Assembly (NCBI GenBank): GCA_046496425.1
Contig: JAWOGY010000063.1
Location: 10,360-74,359, forward strand
From: Vicinamibacterales bacterium
GTDB taxonomy: Bacteria > Acidobacteriota > Vicinamibacteria > Vicinamibacterales > JAKQTR01
DNA length: 64,000 nt
Direction of reading: 5' to 3'
Shown here: piece by piece, positions 27,717-36,190 of the stretch
Layout of the letters: each line of letters begins with the position of its first letter
Position numbering within the stretch: the first letter of the stretch is position 1
Position numbers and translations under genes: made by a program
Notes under the pieces: model-generated
What the model was told of the DNA's origin: nothing
Seen by the model: the letters and a program-made list of their open reading frames with translations, nothing else
Database searches by the model: none

Positions 27717-28298
27717 TCATGGCGCCGGGTCCCGCTCCCCGAGCGCGCGCTCGAGCAGGTCGGACACGCCAAGGACCCGGGCGTTCTCGCGGAGGTACCC
27801 GACGTCGAGTCTCCCGGCCTGGACCCTGACGATGCCGGCAATGTCGCGCCACTGGCGGTCCGAGACAGCGCCGCCCTGGTGGTACCAGCGCAGCTTCTGC
27901 AGCAGGATGTCCTCGGGCGGGTGCACGTACAGGTGGCGTCCGCCCCCGAGATCGACGCGCAGCCGGCGGGCGAGTTGACTGGCATCCAGGGGCGTCCCGC
28001 CCGCAACGAACAGATCCACCTTCAGTTGCGTACGCTGGTGGATGAGATTCGTGCTGGCGTGCGTCCGGATGGCACGACGCAGCGCGGCGGCATCGACGTA
28101 GAAGTCGGGCGAAAAGGCCGCCACCAGCGATTCCACATCCCGCTCGTCGACCGCCGCGATGACGTCGATGTCGAGGGTTGAGCGCGGCTCGCCGGCGAAC
28201 GAACTGGCAACGGACCCGCCGATCGTGTGCTGGATGTTCAGCTCGTCGAGCAGGCGCGACACCTGGAGGGCCGTTTCGATCGGATCGATGGTGTTCAT
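27717..28298 (-). CDS. minimal nucleotidyltransferase-fold protein (module 1)
   Basis: IGGSVASSFAGEPRSTLDIDVIA (GS..DxD NTase signature). Paralogous to the 36422..36967 product (shared DFY.D..A.RRA......NL.H....KVDL.V and EDILLQKL/EDLLLSKL blocks). ATGA overlap with the upstream small gene. Confidence 0.7.
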   Translation of the reverse strand: MNTIDPIETALQVSRLLDELNIQHTIGGSVASSFAGEPRSTLDIDVIAAVDERDVESLVAAFSPDFYVDAAALRRAIRTHASTNLIHQRTQLKVDLFVAGGTPLDASQLARRLRVDLGGGRHLYVHPPEDILLQKLRWYHQGGAVSDRQWRDIAGIVRVQAGRLDVGYLRENARVLGVSDLLERALGERDPAP

Positions 28299-28564
28299 CG
28301 CCCGGACATCACCTGCCCGGCATCGGAGTAGGCTCGGCGTGCCAGTTCCGGTCCCAGGATGATTACGGCGAGCCGCAGGAACAGCTCACGCGGCGTCGCC
28401 TGCGGGTGCCTCTGACGCACTCCGGCAGCGGTCATGGCGCAAGCCGCGCGGGTCAGCCCCGTCACCGTGGCGGCCTTGTCTCCCGCGGACATCTGGCGCC
28501 ACGACTCGACCAGTTTGCGCTCGACATCGATCGGCGTATCGAGGCTGAGCGGCGTGTGCGTCAC
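28295..28564 (-). CDS. small helical partner protein of NTase module 1
   Basis: 89 aa, GTG start. ERKLVESWRQMSAGDKAATV resembles the partners at 36964..37290 (EQRRLLMARTPDERIVMM) and 58094..58258 (EYWRGRPPEERLAAV). Confidence 0.55.
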   Translation of the reverse strand: MTHTPLSLDTPIDVERKLVESWRQMSAGDKAATVTGLTRAACAMTAAGVRQRHPQATPRELFLRLAVIILGPELARRAYSDAGQVMSGR

Positions 28565-28600
28565 GCGGTCGATTATAGCAGTGGGGGGAGTCTTGGAGTC

Positions 28601-28644
28601 TGGCTGGGAGGCAGGGATTCGAACCCCGATAACGTGGTTCAGAG
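28601..28644 (-). repeat. att-like direct repeat: exact 44-nt copy of the 3' half of tRNA-Gln (outermost copy)
   Basis: tggctgggaggcagggattcgaaccccgataacgtggttcagag is identical to 36191-36234 and 31202-31245. Confidence 0.85.
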
Positions 28645-29028
28645 AGCGGTAAAGGTGTTCCGGTGTGTGTCCTTCCGCTCTCGTTTGCTCCGGTTTTCAC
28701 GGGGACTGCTTCGGTTTGCTCATCTTCGCTCTCGTCTGTTCTCGCGCAAGCTGTCTCATTGTGTCTCAGGGGGCGGTCACCTGAGGAGGTCCGGGCCGCG
28801 GCGAGGAGGGCGACGAGCAGTACGGTCATGCCGGCCGCGAACGGTGCCAGCCTGCCGGCCCAGATCTGCAACGGCGTCAGCACCCTCCGAGTTTTCGGTA
28901 GGGAGGCGGACAGACCGCAAGAACCGCTCGCGTCGTCGTTCTCAGGGGTGGAGGAGGCGTGCCCGGCCGTTCAGTGCCGGCTCCAGCCCTCCCGGTGCGT
29001 CACCGATGACCCGAGTCAGGGAGGGAAC

Positions 29029-30054
29029 ATGATTGCTGCCGCCACGTTCGTGTCCGTCGCGAGAATCGGCGCCGTTGCTTCCGGCCTGATCGCACTGCAG
29101 GCGATCGGTGCCGCGCAGACCGGCGTCAGACAGGTCGCATCGGGACAGGAGACCTACGCGTTGTACCCGGCGACCCTGAAGACGCAGCCCCGCCTCCCAT
29201 CGCCCTACCGCAGCGACGGCCTCGAGGTGGTGACCGCGCGTCTCGACCGGGAGACCTACGCGCTGGTTCCGGTCACCATCACGCCGGGAATCGCGAAACG
29301 CCCCTGGGAAGCTCCGCTGGCGATCGACGGCGAGGACTTCCCGACGCTGGCCAGGACCGGCCGGCACTCCGACGCCGAACTGGATCGGACGCGGTCCATC
29401 ACGGGCCGGTCGCTGGCCGAGATTCACGAACTTGCCCTTCCCGGCCGCCTGTCCGACAGCGGCTTCATCGCGGAAGACGAGGACGTCCTCTCCGTGCTGA
29501 AGGGCGACAACAAGCTGGTCGCCTCGCTCGGTCTGACACACGCCGAGCTGGCCAGGCCGCTGCTGCACGTCTGCACGCTGGTCGGCGAACTCTATCCGGA
29601 CAGCGGGGCGCAGCACAACCTCGTCGTGTTCTACGGAGGCCAGCAAGTGTCACTGGAGGTGTCGTTCAGCCGCGGAGGGCAGAAGTCCATCTTCCAGGAC
29701 GGGCTCGAGGGAGCGTGGACCATCAAGATCCGCCGGGATCTGAGCGAGAAGGAGCGGGCGTTCCTGGACGCAGCCTACGGCAGACTCGGCGCGGCCCGGC
29801 GAGCCAGCATGACGGAACGTCTCACGGAGATGCTCACAGGCGAGATGCAGCCCTTCTACATCTATCGCTACGGCTTCTACGAGGGACACACGGCGTGGAG
29901 GACGGACCCCGTTGCCATCTCGTTCATGTTCGGGCTCAGGTCGATCGAGCAGATCGAGGCCGCGTTCGGCGGGCAACTGGACCACGTGCTGACGCGGCAC
30001 TTCATTCGCCCCCCGATTCGTCCGAGACCGTCGGCAGCATCACCGGCCACGTGA
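29029..30054 (+). CDS. secreted hypothetical protein
   Basis: ORF 28663..30054 trimmed to the ATG at 29029 (AGGGAGGG RBS). Signal-like IGAVASGLIALQAIGAAQ. No motif recognised. Confidence 0.6.
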   Translation: MIAAATFVSVARIGAVASGLIALQAIGAAQTGVRQVASGQETYALYPATLKTQPRLPSPYRSDGLEVVTARLDRETYALVPVTITPGIAKRPWEAPLAIDGEDFPTLARTGRHSDAELDRTRSITGRSLAEIHELALPGRLSDSGFIAEDEDVLSVLKGDNKLVASLGLTHAELARPLLHVCTLVGELYPDSGAQHNLVVFYGGQQVSLEVSFSRGGQKSIFQDGLEGAWTIKIRRDLSEKERAFLDAAYGRLGAARRASMTERLTEMLTGEMQPFYIYRYGFYEGHTAWRTDPVAISFMFGLRSIEQIEAAFGGQLDHVLTRHFIRPPIRPRPSAASPAT

Positions 30055-30093
30055 CGGTGGCCATCCCCAACCGCGAGCACCCCGTCCGCGCGC

Positions 30094-30336
30094 ATGGAGG
30101 CAGAGGCGCGCCGGCTGTCGGACGAACTGCACCTGTCGCAACTCCGAAAGGCGCGTGGCCTGACGCAAGAAGCAATGGCGGACCTGGTGGGCGTGAGCCA
30201 GGCCGGGGTTTCCAGGATGGAACGCCGCAGCGAACTCTTCATCGGCACCCGTAAGCCGCTACCTCCTATCCCTCGCACGCCGCCGCTCACCGTGACGTCG
30301 AACACTCGCACGGCATTGGCGCTGGACCAAGACTAG
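30094..30336 (+). CDS. XRE-family HTH protein (antitoxin-like); the C-terminus is possibly decayed
   Basis: LRKARGLTQEAMADLVGVSQAGVSRMERR is a canonical XRE HTH. The tail after residue approx 50 is Pro/Thr-rich. An alternative frame reads VSRYLLSLARR, which suggests a frameshift. Confidence 0.5.
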   Translation: MEAEARRLSDELHLSQLRKARGLTQEAMADLVGVSQAGVSRMERRSELFIGTRKPLPPIPRTPPLTVTSNTRTALALDQD

Positions 30337-30459
30337 GCCCTGCGGCGAAACGATCGTCCAACCGATTAGCGCCCGAAGCCGGCGGGTTGACCGCCTCCGA
30401 CCCGCGCGGCCCTGATCCGCCGCGAACCAGGTCTCACGGTCCGGACTTGCAGGTTGCGA

Positions 30460-30945
30460 TCAACGGCTGTCTGTCGCTCGCTCGGCCCGTCTCTGCAGGC
30501 GAACCGGGATGTGAAGGCGGACGGGCTGCTGGGGCGTACTCTCGGGATACTCCTCTAAGGGCGCCCGCCCAGCGTCGAACTGAACCGCAGCAGTCGGCAG
30601 CCAGGCGGCGAAGACGTGCTGGTAGGTGGCGCCGATCGCCTGCGCCACGCACTCGAAGACCGCGTAGTCGCCGCCGGGCACGTCACGCATGTCGAGGCCC
30701 TCTGGCGCCGCCGTACCGGACGGCACCATCATGCCTGCCAGGTACTCCGTGACCTGTTCGTCGCCGGTCGGCAGGTTCACCCCGAAATAGACCTTGTCCG
30801 CGGCGATCGAGTCGATCTCCCGGCGGCGAGATTCGAACGCCTGCCAGATGCGGCCAAACAGTTCGGCGCTTTCCGAACCGCGCGTGATTCGGGTGGCCAC
30901 GCCCAGGACGGTGAAAGTTCCGCGGGTCGTGATCTGCGGTGTCAT
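30460..30945 (-). CDS. GyrI-like small-molecule (effector) binding domain protein
   Basis: Trimmed to the ATG at 30945. FTVLGVATRITRGSE..IWQAF..YFGVNLP..EYLAGMMVP..VPGGDYAVFE..FDAGRAPLEEYPE is the typical GyrI-like/AraC-effector domain pattern. Confidence 0.8.
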   Translation of the reverse strand: MTPQITTRGTFTVLGVATRITRGSESAELFGRIWQAFESRRREIDSIAADKVYFGVNLPTGDEQVTEYLAGMMVPSGTAAPEGLDMRDVPGGDYAVFECVAQAIGATYQHVFAAWLPTAAVQFDAGRAPLEEYPESTPQQPVRLHIPVRLQRRAERATDSR

Positions 30946-31201
30946 CGAGACTCCTCTCGAAGAGACCGTGGACGATGCGCGCGGACGACTCGTGGATTGT
31001 ACGCGCTCCACGCCACCAGCCATCCAACGTGTCTCATTCGTGTCTCACGTCTCTCGGCATTCAGCCGGACGCGGCAGCGAACCCGTTGGCCAGCAGCGGT
31101 TTGTGGCTGGCCGAGCCGTGGCCGACAACGTGGTTCCGCGACGAACCCACGCCACGGAATCGCGAGGCGTCGTAAGCTCTTGTTTGTAGAAGGGATTGAA
31201 T

Positions 31202-31245
31202 TGGCTGGGAGGCAGGGATTCGAACCCCGATAACGTGGTTCAGAG
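31202..31245 (-). repeat. att-like direct repeat: exact 44-nt copy of the tRNA-Gln 3' half (second copy)
   Basis: Identical string to 28601-28644 and 36191-36234. Confidence 0.85.
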
Positions 31246-31423
31246 GCGGAAGCCCCGACGGCGACGGTGACGGATCACGTCGGTGTTGTTAGGGTTTTCG
31301 GCGAGGACCTTTGGGCGGTGTGGGGTCAAGACCGATGGTTTCGTGCGCAGTCTATCGAGATTTTATCAAGATCGGGCGACGCGTGGCGCTGTCGGTATCA
31401 GGCCATCCCGATCGGCCCAGCCT

Positions 31424-32084
31424 TCAATTGCCGCTCTTCGAGAGGCCCGAGTCGGCCAGCGCCAACAGTCTCCGCAGGAGCGCCGGACGTCGGGATTGGC
31501 TGGCCGAATCTGGCAGCAGGAAGCCGGAGAGGGCATCGACGAATGCCCGAACGCCGAGCAGGTGGCGCAGTTCAGAAGCAACATACTCCCTGACGTCGGC
31601 CGACGACGCGGCTAGTTCGCGAGCGATCTCCTCACGTCCATCGATCACGGTGACGATATCTTCGAGGTCGTGGCTGTCAGTGATGTCGTTCTGGCCGCGG
31701 CCACGGAAGGCCTCAAGCTTCGTCGCGAGGAAATAGACCGGCGTGATGACACGCAGGCGAAGATCGGCGAGATCCACGTGTTGGGCCGATGAGATGGCGG
31801 GCCGATACCAGCGGTTGCTGAAGCCGAGGACCCGATCGTCGGTGGGCATCACATCGATGATTAGATGCTGGTGGCGCCACCGGCACATTGGCGCGCCCTG
31901 GCTCGCGTCTTCTCTCAGCCCCAATCCGCGCAGTCGCGACGTCCTTCGTGGGGCGGACACCGGCGGCGGCCGGATCCGAAATCATCAGCCCCGTCGTGCA
32001 CCCACCCAAGAACACGAGTTCACCGAGGAGTGGCCGCAACACACGTGCCGCAGCGGCGAGCATCTCCAGATTGGGGTCATCCAT
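31424..32084 (-). pseudogene. frameshifted nucleotidyltransferase-fold gene
   Basis: The N-terminal 48 aa (ORF 31713..32084: LVFLGGCTTGLMISDPAAAGVRPTKDV) continue in another frame (ORF 31424..31960: ..IIDVMPTDDRVLGFSNRWY..PVYFLATKLEAFRGRGQNDITDSHDLEDIVTVIDGR). One frameshift lies near 31940. Confidence 0.6.
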
Positions 32085-32613
32085 GGAGTTGCTGGCGCAG
32101 TCGCGCGGTCAATTCCTGACCGGCGAGGCGTCGCTCCCGGGCGCGACCGTCCCGAAGAGCGTCGATCAATGCCAGCAGTTCGTACAACAGCGGATCTCGC
32201 AGTGCGGCGATCGGGACGGTCCTGTACAACGGCTCAAGTCCGATGCCGCGCTGTTTGCCCTCGGCGTACGGCCAAACCGGCGGCAATTCGGTGCCGGAGG
32301 CGATCTTCCCGGCCAGAGGCGGCGCCGCGTAGGAAGTGGCCAAGCCACGGGTCGGCTGACCGCGCTTCGCCGGAAAGGCGTACTTCACGCCGTGGAGCAG
32401 GAATTCTTCGACTGCTTGGAGTAGAGGACGACCATCGTCTGCCTCGTCGGACACCAAGCGCGAGATCGCCAGGCGCTTCAGGGCGCCATGGACCTCGGAC
32501 GTGCTGAGGGACAAGTCCAGACCCATTCGAGCCATGGGTGGGCGCGGCCCACGGTAGCTGATGAGCTTGGCCAGTACGAACACGTCTTGGGGCCGAAGGC
32601 TGGGCTGAGTCAT
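32077..32613 (-). CDS. winged-helix DNA-binding protein, partner of the frameshifted NTase gene
   Basis: 178 aa. LSLSTSEVHGALKRLAISRLV is wHTH-like. Its stop overlaps the NTase start by 8 nt. Confidence 0.5.
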   Translation of the reverse strand: MTQPSLRPQDVFVLAKLISYRGPRPPMARMGLDLSLSTSEVHGALKRLAISRLVSDEADDGRPLLQAVEEFLLHGVKYAFPAKRGQPTRGLATSYAAPPLAGKIASGTELPPVWPYAEGKQRGIGLEPLYRTVPIAALRDPLLYELLALIDALRDGRARERRLAGQELTARLRQQLHG

Positions 32614-32687
32614 TCAATATTCGCGAATCGCGAACACAGGATAGCACAGAACCGTTCAATGTCCGCATTCCAGAACGTAAGTAAGCG

Positions 32688-32921
32688 TTGGGGCCTTATC
32701 GCTTACTCGAGAGTACCGTAAAGAAGCGTCTGTTACTTGCTGGCGGATGGACGTTGTCCACGAACCAAGAGTTGGTGATCGTTCCAGAGGTCAGAGACAA
32801 GCTGCTGGATGCCTGGGGCATCGACGCCGGCGGGCGCGTCGGCGAGTTCTCAAGAGAACAGAGCGCCTACTTGGACTACCACCGCGCGAACGTGTTCAAG
32901 CATCAACTCCTCGGAAGATGA
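32688..32921 (+). CDS. small hypothetical protein
   Basis: 77-aa ORF in a locally lower-GC stretch. No motif recognised. Confidence 0.3.
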   Translation: MGPYRLLESTVKKRLLLAGGWTLSTNQELVIVPEVRDKLLDAWGIDAGGRVGEFSREQSAYLDYHRANVFKHQLLGR

Positions 32922-33096
32922 GCGTCCACGACTCGATCGACCGAGATGACTGTTCGGTGCACGCGCCGCGTGCCTTCGGGCTTGTCTGGAATCTGCTCTG
33001 TCTCGGTCCTCGCGAACTGAGCCGAGGTCGAGAGCGTGTCTTGAGGGAGGGGTCGACGGCCTGCGATCGCGCGGTGCGGTACGTGCCTGTCGTTCG

Positions 33097-34032
33097 TCAT
33101 CTCGCGTAAGCACCGCCGGAAAGCTCGTACCCGAACTGCAAAACCGACGGTTCCAAGACGACGCCACCTGCGAGCGGATGAATGCCTCGAAGCTGCCACG
33201 ACGAGCCGTCGCCGCATTCCCGCTCGCGATGCCCGACGAAAGCGATGCGCACGATGTCACGCATCCCAGAGGATAGCGGGGGAAACAGCACCTGCGCGCC
33301 GGCGGACCCGGCTCCATCCGTGACCGCTCCGCTCGGCACGCAGCGGGCCGTCACCGCGAGACCGCCGGTGTCGATCGATCCCCGCCAGGTGCCGGCCACG
33401 TCGTCTTCGAGCGTGACGTTGCCGTAGGTGGCGTAGTGGCCCCGGCCGCGTACGTAGGTGACGTACGCCCGGTCGGGCACCCAGAATCCGAGGACGAGGA
33501 GCGGGCGCCCAGGGCCGACGTCTGCCGTCGGGTCTGAAGGAGCGACGCGGGCGCACCACAGGGCGGCGGCTCCGTGCGTTCGCCAGTCGGGCGTGCGGCC
33601 GTCGATCGTGAACGTCCCCGCGCGGATGATCTCCAGGAACGATATGCCCCAGTTGCGGTGTGCCGGATGCCTCGCCAGGTAATCGGCCGCCCAGCGCACC
33701 TCGCCCGCTGCCAGTTCGTCTATCGTGATGAACCGCAGCGTGCGCGGGCGCTCGCGTTCGACCCGCGCCGGATCGAAAGTGACATACACGACGATCTCGT
33801 GGGGATCGGCGACGATCCAGCGCGTGCGGGCGCCCGCCGGAAGCGCGGGACCTTGCGACGGAGTCCCGGAAGAGGCCAGCGCCAGCAGCACGGGGCACAG
33901 TAGTGGCGCTGCGGTCAGCCACGTCAGCGATTTACACCCGAAACGCGATCGGCATGTTGACGTCACTTGGCCCCCGATTCGATCCTGTGTACCGAGGCAA
34001 GGGTAGCATCTCACGATCCGGAGCGCGGTCAC
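33097..34032 (-). CDS. secreted hypothetical protein
   Basis: 311-aa ORF. Signal-like LTWLTAAPLLCPVLLALASSG about 35 residues in, so the true start is probably internal. High GC3. No motif recognised. Confidence 0.5.
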   Translation of the reverse strand: MTALRIVRCYPCLGTQDRIGGQVTSTCRSRFGCKSLTWLTAAPLLCPVLLALASSGTPSQGPALPAGARTRWIVADPHEIVVYVTFDPARVERERPRTLRFITIDELAAGEVRWAADYLARHPAHRNWGISFLEIIRAGTFTIDGRTPDWRTHGAAALWCARVAPSDPTADVGPGRPLLVLGFWVPDRAYVTYVRGRGHYATYGNVTLEDDVAGTWRGSIDTGGLAVTARCVPSGAVTDGAGSAGAQVLFPPLSSGMRDIVRIAFVGHRERECGDGSSWQLRGIHPLAGGVVLEPSVLQFGYELSGGAYAR

Positions 34033-34330
34033 AGGATCGACGCCGAGTCCGGTCAGAAGCTCTCAGCGGCCGAATGACCGAGTCAGGCGCGTTCTTCTCG
34101 ATTGAACGCTCTGAGTCGTCAGTCGATCTCCTGGTCGCATCGCGCCGTTCGGTCAACGTGTCTCATTCGTGTCTCATCGAGACTCCGCGAGTCTGCCGAC
34201 GCGTCGACTCATGCCCGGAATATCAAGCGGTTGCAGATATCCAAGCCGCGCCCGATAACGTGGCCCGCGGGCGGATCGACGGCCTGCGATCGCGAGGTGC
34301 TGTAAGTGCTTACTGTGAATGGGATTGGAT

Positions 34331-34374
34331 TGGCTGGGAGGCGGGGACGATTTCCGCAACTGGGTCATCGCGGC
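34331..34374 (-). repeat. degenerate copy of the tRNA-Gln 3' half
   Basis: tggctgggaggc is exact (34331-34342). The remainder (ggggacgatttccgcaactgggtca) is only loosely alignable to the att string. Confidence 0.45.
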
Positions 34375-34450
34375 GTGACGTGGCGAGCCCAGTCGCACAA
34401 AGGGCCGGGCGATTCAAGCCGACGCCTGCGCGCAGTATTGCGGTGATGAC

Positions 34451-34831
34451 TTGCCTCAAAAGGCTTTCTTCGACGTGACCTTGACGTGCGAGGACTGCCA
34501 ATCCGATTTCAGGTTCACGGCCAGTGAACAGAAATTCTGGTATGAGGATCTGAAGTTCTTCGAGGAGTCGCGCCCCAAGCAGTGTCGCCGATGTCGCCCC
34601 ATCCGGCGCCGAACCGGCGCTCTCACCGCCGAACTTGGGCAGGCGCTCAAGGCCCTCGCTTCAAAGGACCCCGCGCTGCTGACCCGGATTGCTGACATCT
34701 ACATCGAGCTTGGCGACATCGAAAAGGCTTCACTGTATTTGCGACGAGCGAAGAACCAGACGGCGGACCCGGGCGGCAAGGCCGCTCTCATCGAGCGACT
34801 GGCAGAGCTGTCACGCGAACCTGACGCGTGA
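34451..34831 (+). CDS. zinc-ribbon protein (CxxC..FxFTxxEQxF..CxxC type) with a helical C-terminus
   Basis: LTCEDCQSDFRFTASEQKFWYEDLKFFEESRPKQCRRCR. Start uncertain (TTG 34451 or GTG 34475). Confidence 0.6.
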   Translation: MPQKAFFDVTLTCEDCQSDFRFTASEQKFWYEDLKFFEESRPKQCRRCRPIRRRTGALTAELGQALKALASKDPALLTRIADIYIELGDIEKASLYLRRAKNQTADPGGKAALIERLAELSREPDA

Positions 34832-34900
34832 TTCCCACCTCAGTTCATCGTCGGGCGGCGCGTCCGCCCGGAAGAAGCAGCGCCGATCCGGCTTGCGGCG

Positions 34901-35395
34901 TCATGAAGGACAGACTGGGGGTTGGAACAACATGGCCACCGCCTCCGTCGGGCACGAAGCAGGACACTCGCCATACGGATACTCGTTGAGCATGTCTTGA
35001 ACCGACGCTTCGTCCTGTCCGCCTTCAACGTGCGCCTGGCCTTCGATCTTTGCGAAACCCAGTGCTTCGGCCAGCGCTGGATTGCGACCCCTCACGAATA
35101 GCGCCTGGCGAAGGCCCCTGCATTCGGGGTCGATGAACTCTGGATACACGCGGCAGGTGACGAGCGAATGTCGAAGAGCCGCAGCAAGCCGGTCTCGCAG
35201 CCCGGCAACCGGGCGGATCCGGGTGACCAGCGTCAGGCAGGTCTTCACCTCGATCGCAACAAGCAGGTCTCCGCCTGCAGGGATGGCCGCCCAGTGTGCC
35301 AGCCGGACGGTCGGGCCGGGAGCAGCTTCACCTTCCAGTACCCCGCCCTCGCTGAGCGCCGCGTGCAGCTTCGATGAACATGTGATCGTGACCAT
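34901..35395 (-). CDS. hypothetical protein
   Basis: ORF 34901..35464 trimmed to the ATG at 35395. High GC3. No motif recognised. Confidence 0.45.
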   Translation of the reverse strand: MVTITCSSKLHAALSEGGVLEGEAAPGPTVRLAHWAAIPAGGDLLVAIEVKTCLTLVTRIRPVAGLRDRLAAALRHSLVTCRVYPEFIDPECRGLRQALFVRGRNPALAEALGFAKIEGQAHVEGGQDEASVQDMLNEYPYGECPASCPTEAVAMLFQPPVCPS

Positions 35396-35477
35396 GGCCT
35401 CCTCCTTTTGAATGGCCGGAGAGGACGTCCGGCGGAAACTTCTGCGCGTCGCGCTCGCCTGCACGGAAGACGTAGGT

Positions 35478-35738
35478 TCAGCTACCGAAGTGTCGCGTCG
35501 CGAAGGCCCGGCCCGAGCCGGACTTCAGGTAGCGTTCGAAGCGCACGGCTTGTTGCTCGGTCGGGAACTCGATGACGACCACCAAGGACCAGGGGCGGTG
35601 CTCGAAGGTATGTCCGCACGGACCGTGGTTGTGCCACTCCAGCCGATTGCCGACGTCGCTCGTCACGCCGACGTAGTGACGGCTCGGGTCGACATCGCTC
35701 CGAACGATGTACACGAAGCGCTTGCCGATGCCGAGCAT
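35478..35738 (-). CDS. GIY-YIG nuclease superfamily protein (short form)
   Basis: FVYIVRSDVDPSRHYVGVTSDVGNRLEWHNHG matches the GIY..YIG..R..H/N pattern. Trimmed to the ATG at 35738. Confidence 0.75.
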   Translation of the reverse strand: MLGIGKRFVYIVRSDVDPSRHYVGVTSDVGNRLEWHNHGPCGHTFEHRPWSLVVVIEFPTEQQAVRFERYLKSGSGRAFATRHFGS

Positions 35739-35864
35739 GCCGAGGCGAAAGCAATCCTCGGGCCGATCCTCTGCGGCACGATTCCTCCGGTAAACGTGGG
35801 GCTGCGCCGCACTTTGTCTTCTTGGGCTGCGCAGATTCTGCAACGCTCCGGCGGGCGCGATGTT

Positions 35865-35963
35865 GCGGAAACTGCCAAGTCAGGGCTTCGCGCGCGTTGA
35901 TGAACGCCGTCGGGAAGGGTTTGAGTCCGGTGCGGGTGGTCCGCCTTCGCCTCGCCTTCGCAG
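35865..35963. repeat. dispersed repeat R, copy 2
   Basis: Matches 23335-23433. Lies about 230 nt from the tRNA-Gln 3' end. Confidence 0.7.
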
Positions 35964-36190
35964 ACTTCGCTCACTCCGGCGAGGCTTCGGCGAGGTCGGT
36001 CTTCACCTTAAGGTGTCCGAATCCCTGCAGGGAGTCCGCCTTCGCCCGGCCTCAGTTCACTGCGCCCTCTTCGGCTCGGGCTACGTCGAGACAGCCTTCG
36101 CCTGTCGGGAAGCTCACGTGCGGCTAGGGCAACGGGAACTGACGCTGACTTGCCTGCCTAGCCGTAGCTCGCGCGAAGCCGAGCGAAGGC

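Larger units (their letters stand above)
28601..36190. mobile_element. array of three small integrase-less genomic islets accreted at tRNA-Gln (about 2.6, 3.1 and 1.8 kb)
   Basis: Bounded and subdivided by direct copies of the tRNA-Gln 3' half (28601, 31202, a degenerate copy at 34331, and the intact tRNA at 36191). The cargo is accessory-type and partly decayed. No recombinase ORF is visible. Confidence 0.6.

Noticed and set aside
27389-28006. 205-aa minus-strand ORF spanning the kaiC-upstream region and the NTase gene.
   Set aside because: Arg/Ser/Pro-rich, and out of frame with the well-supported NTase gene (27717..28298). The only protein-like signal in 27.5-27.7 kb is the plus-strand Fic_N relic.
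35865-35885. Possible sigma-54 promoter (TGGCAG..GCAA) on the minus strand at the start of repeat R.
   Set aside because: The GG and GC elements are spaced two nucleotides too close compared with the TGGCAC-N5-TTGC consensus. No plausible downstream gene is in that orientation.
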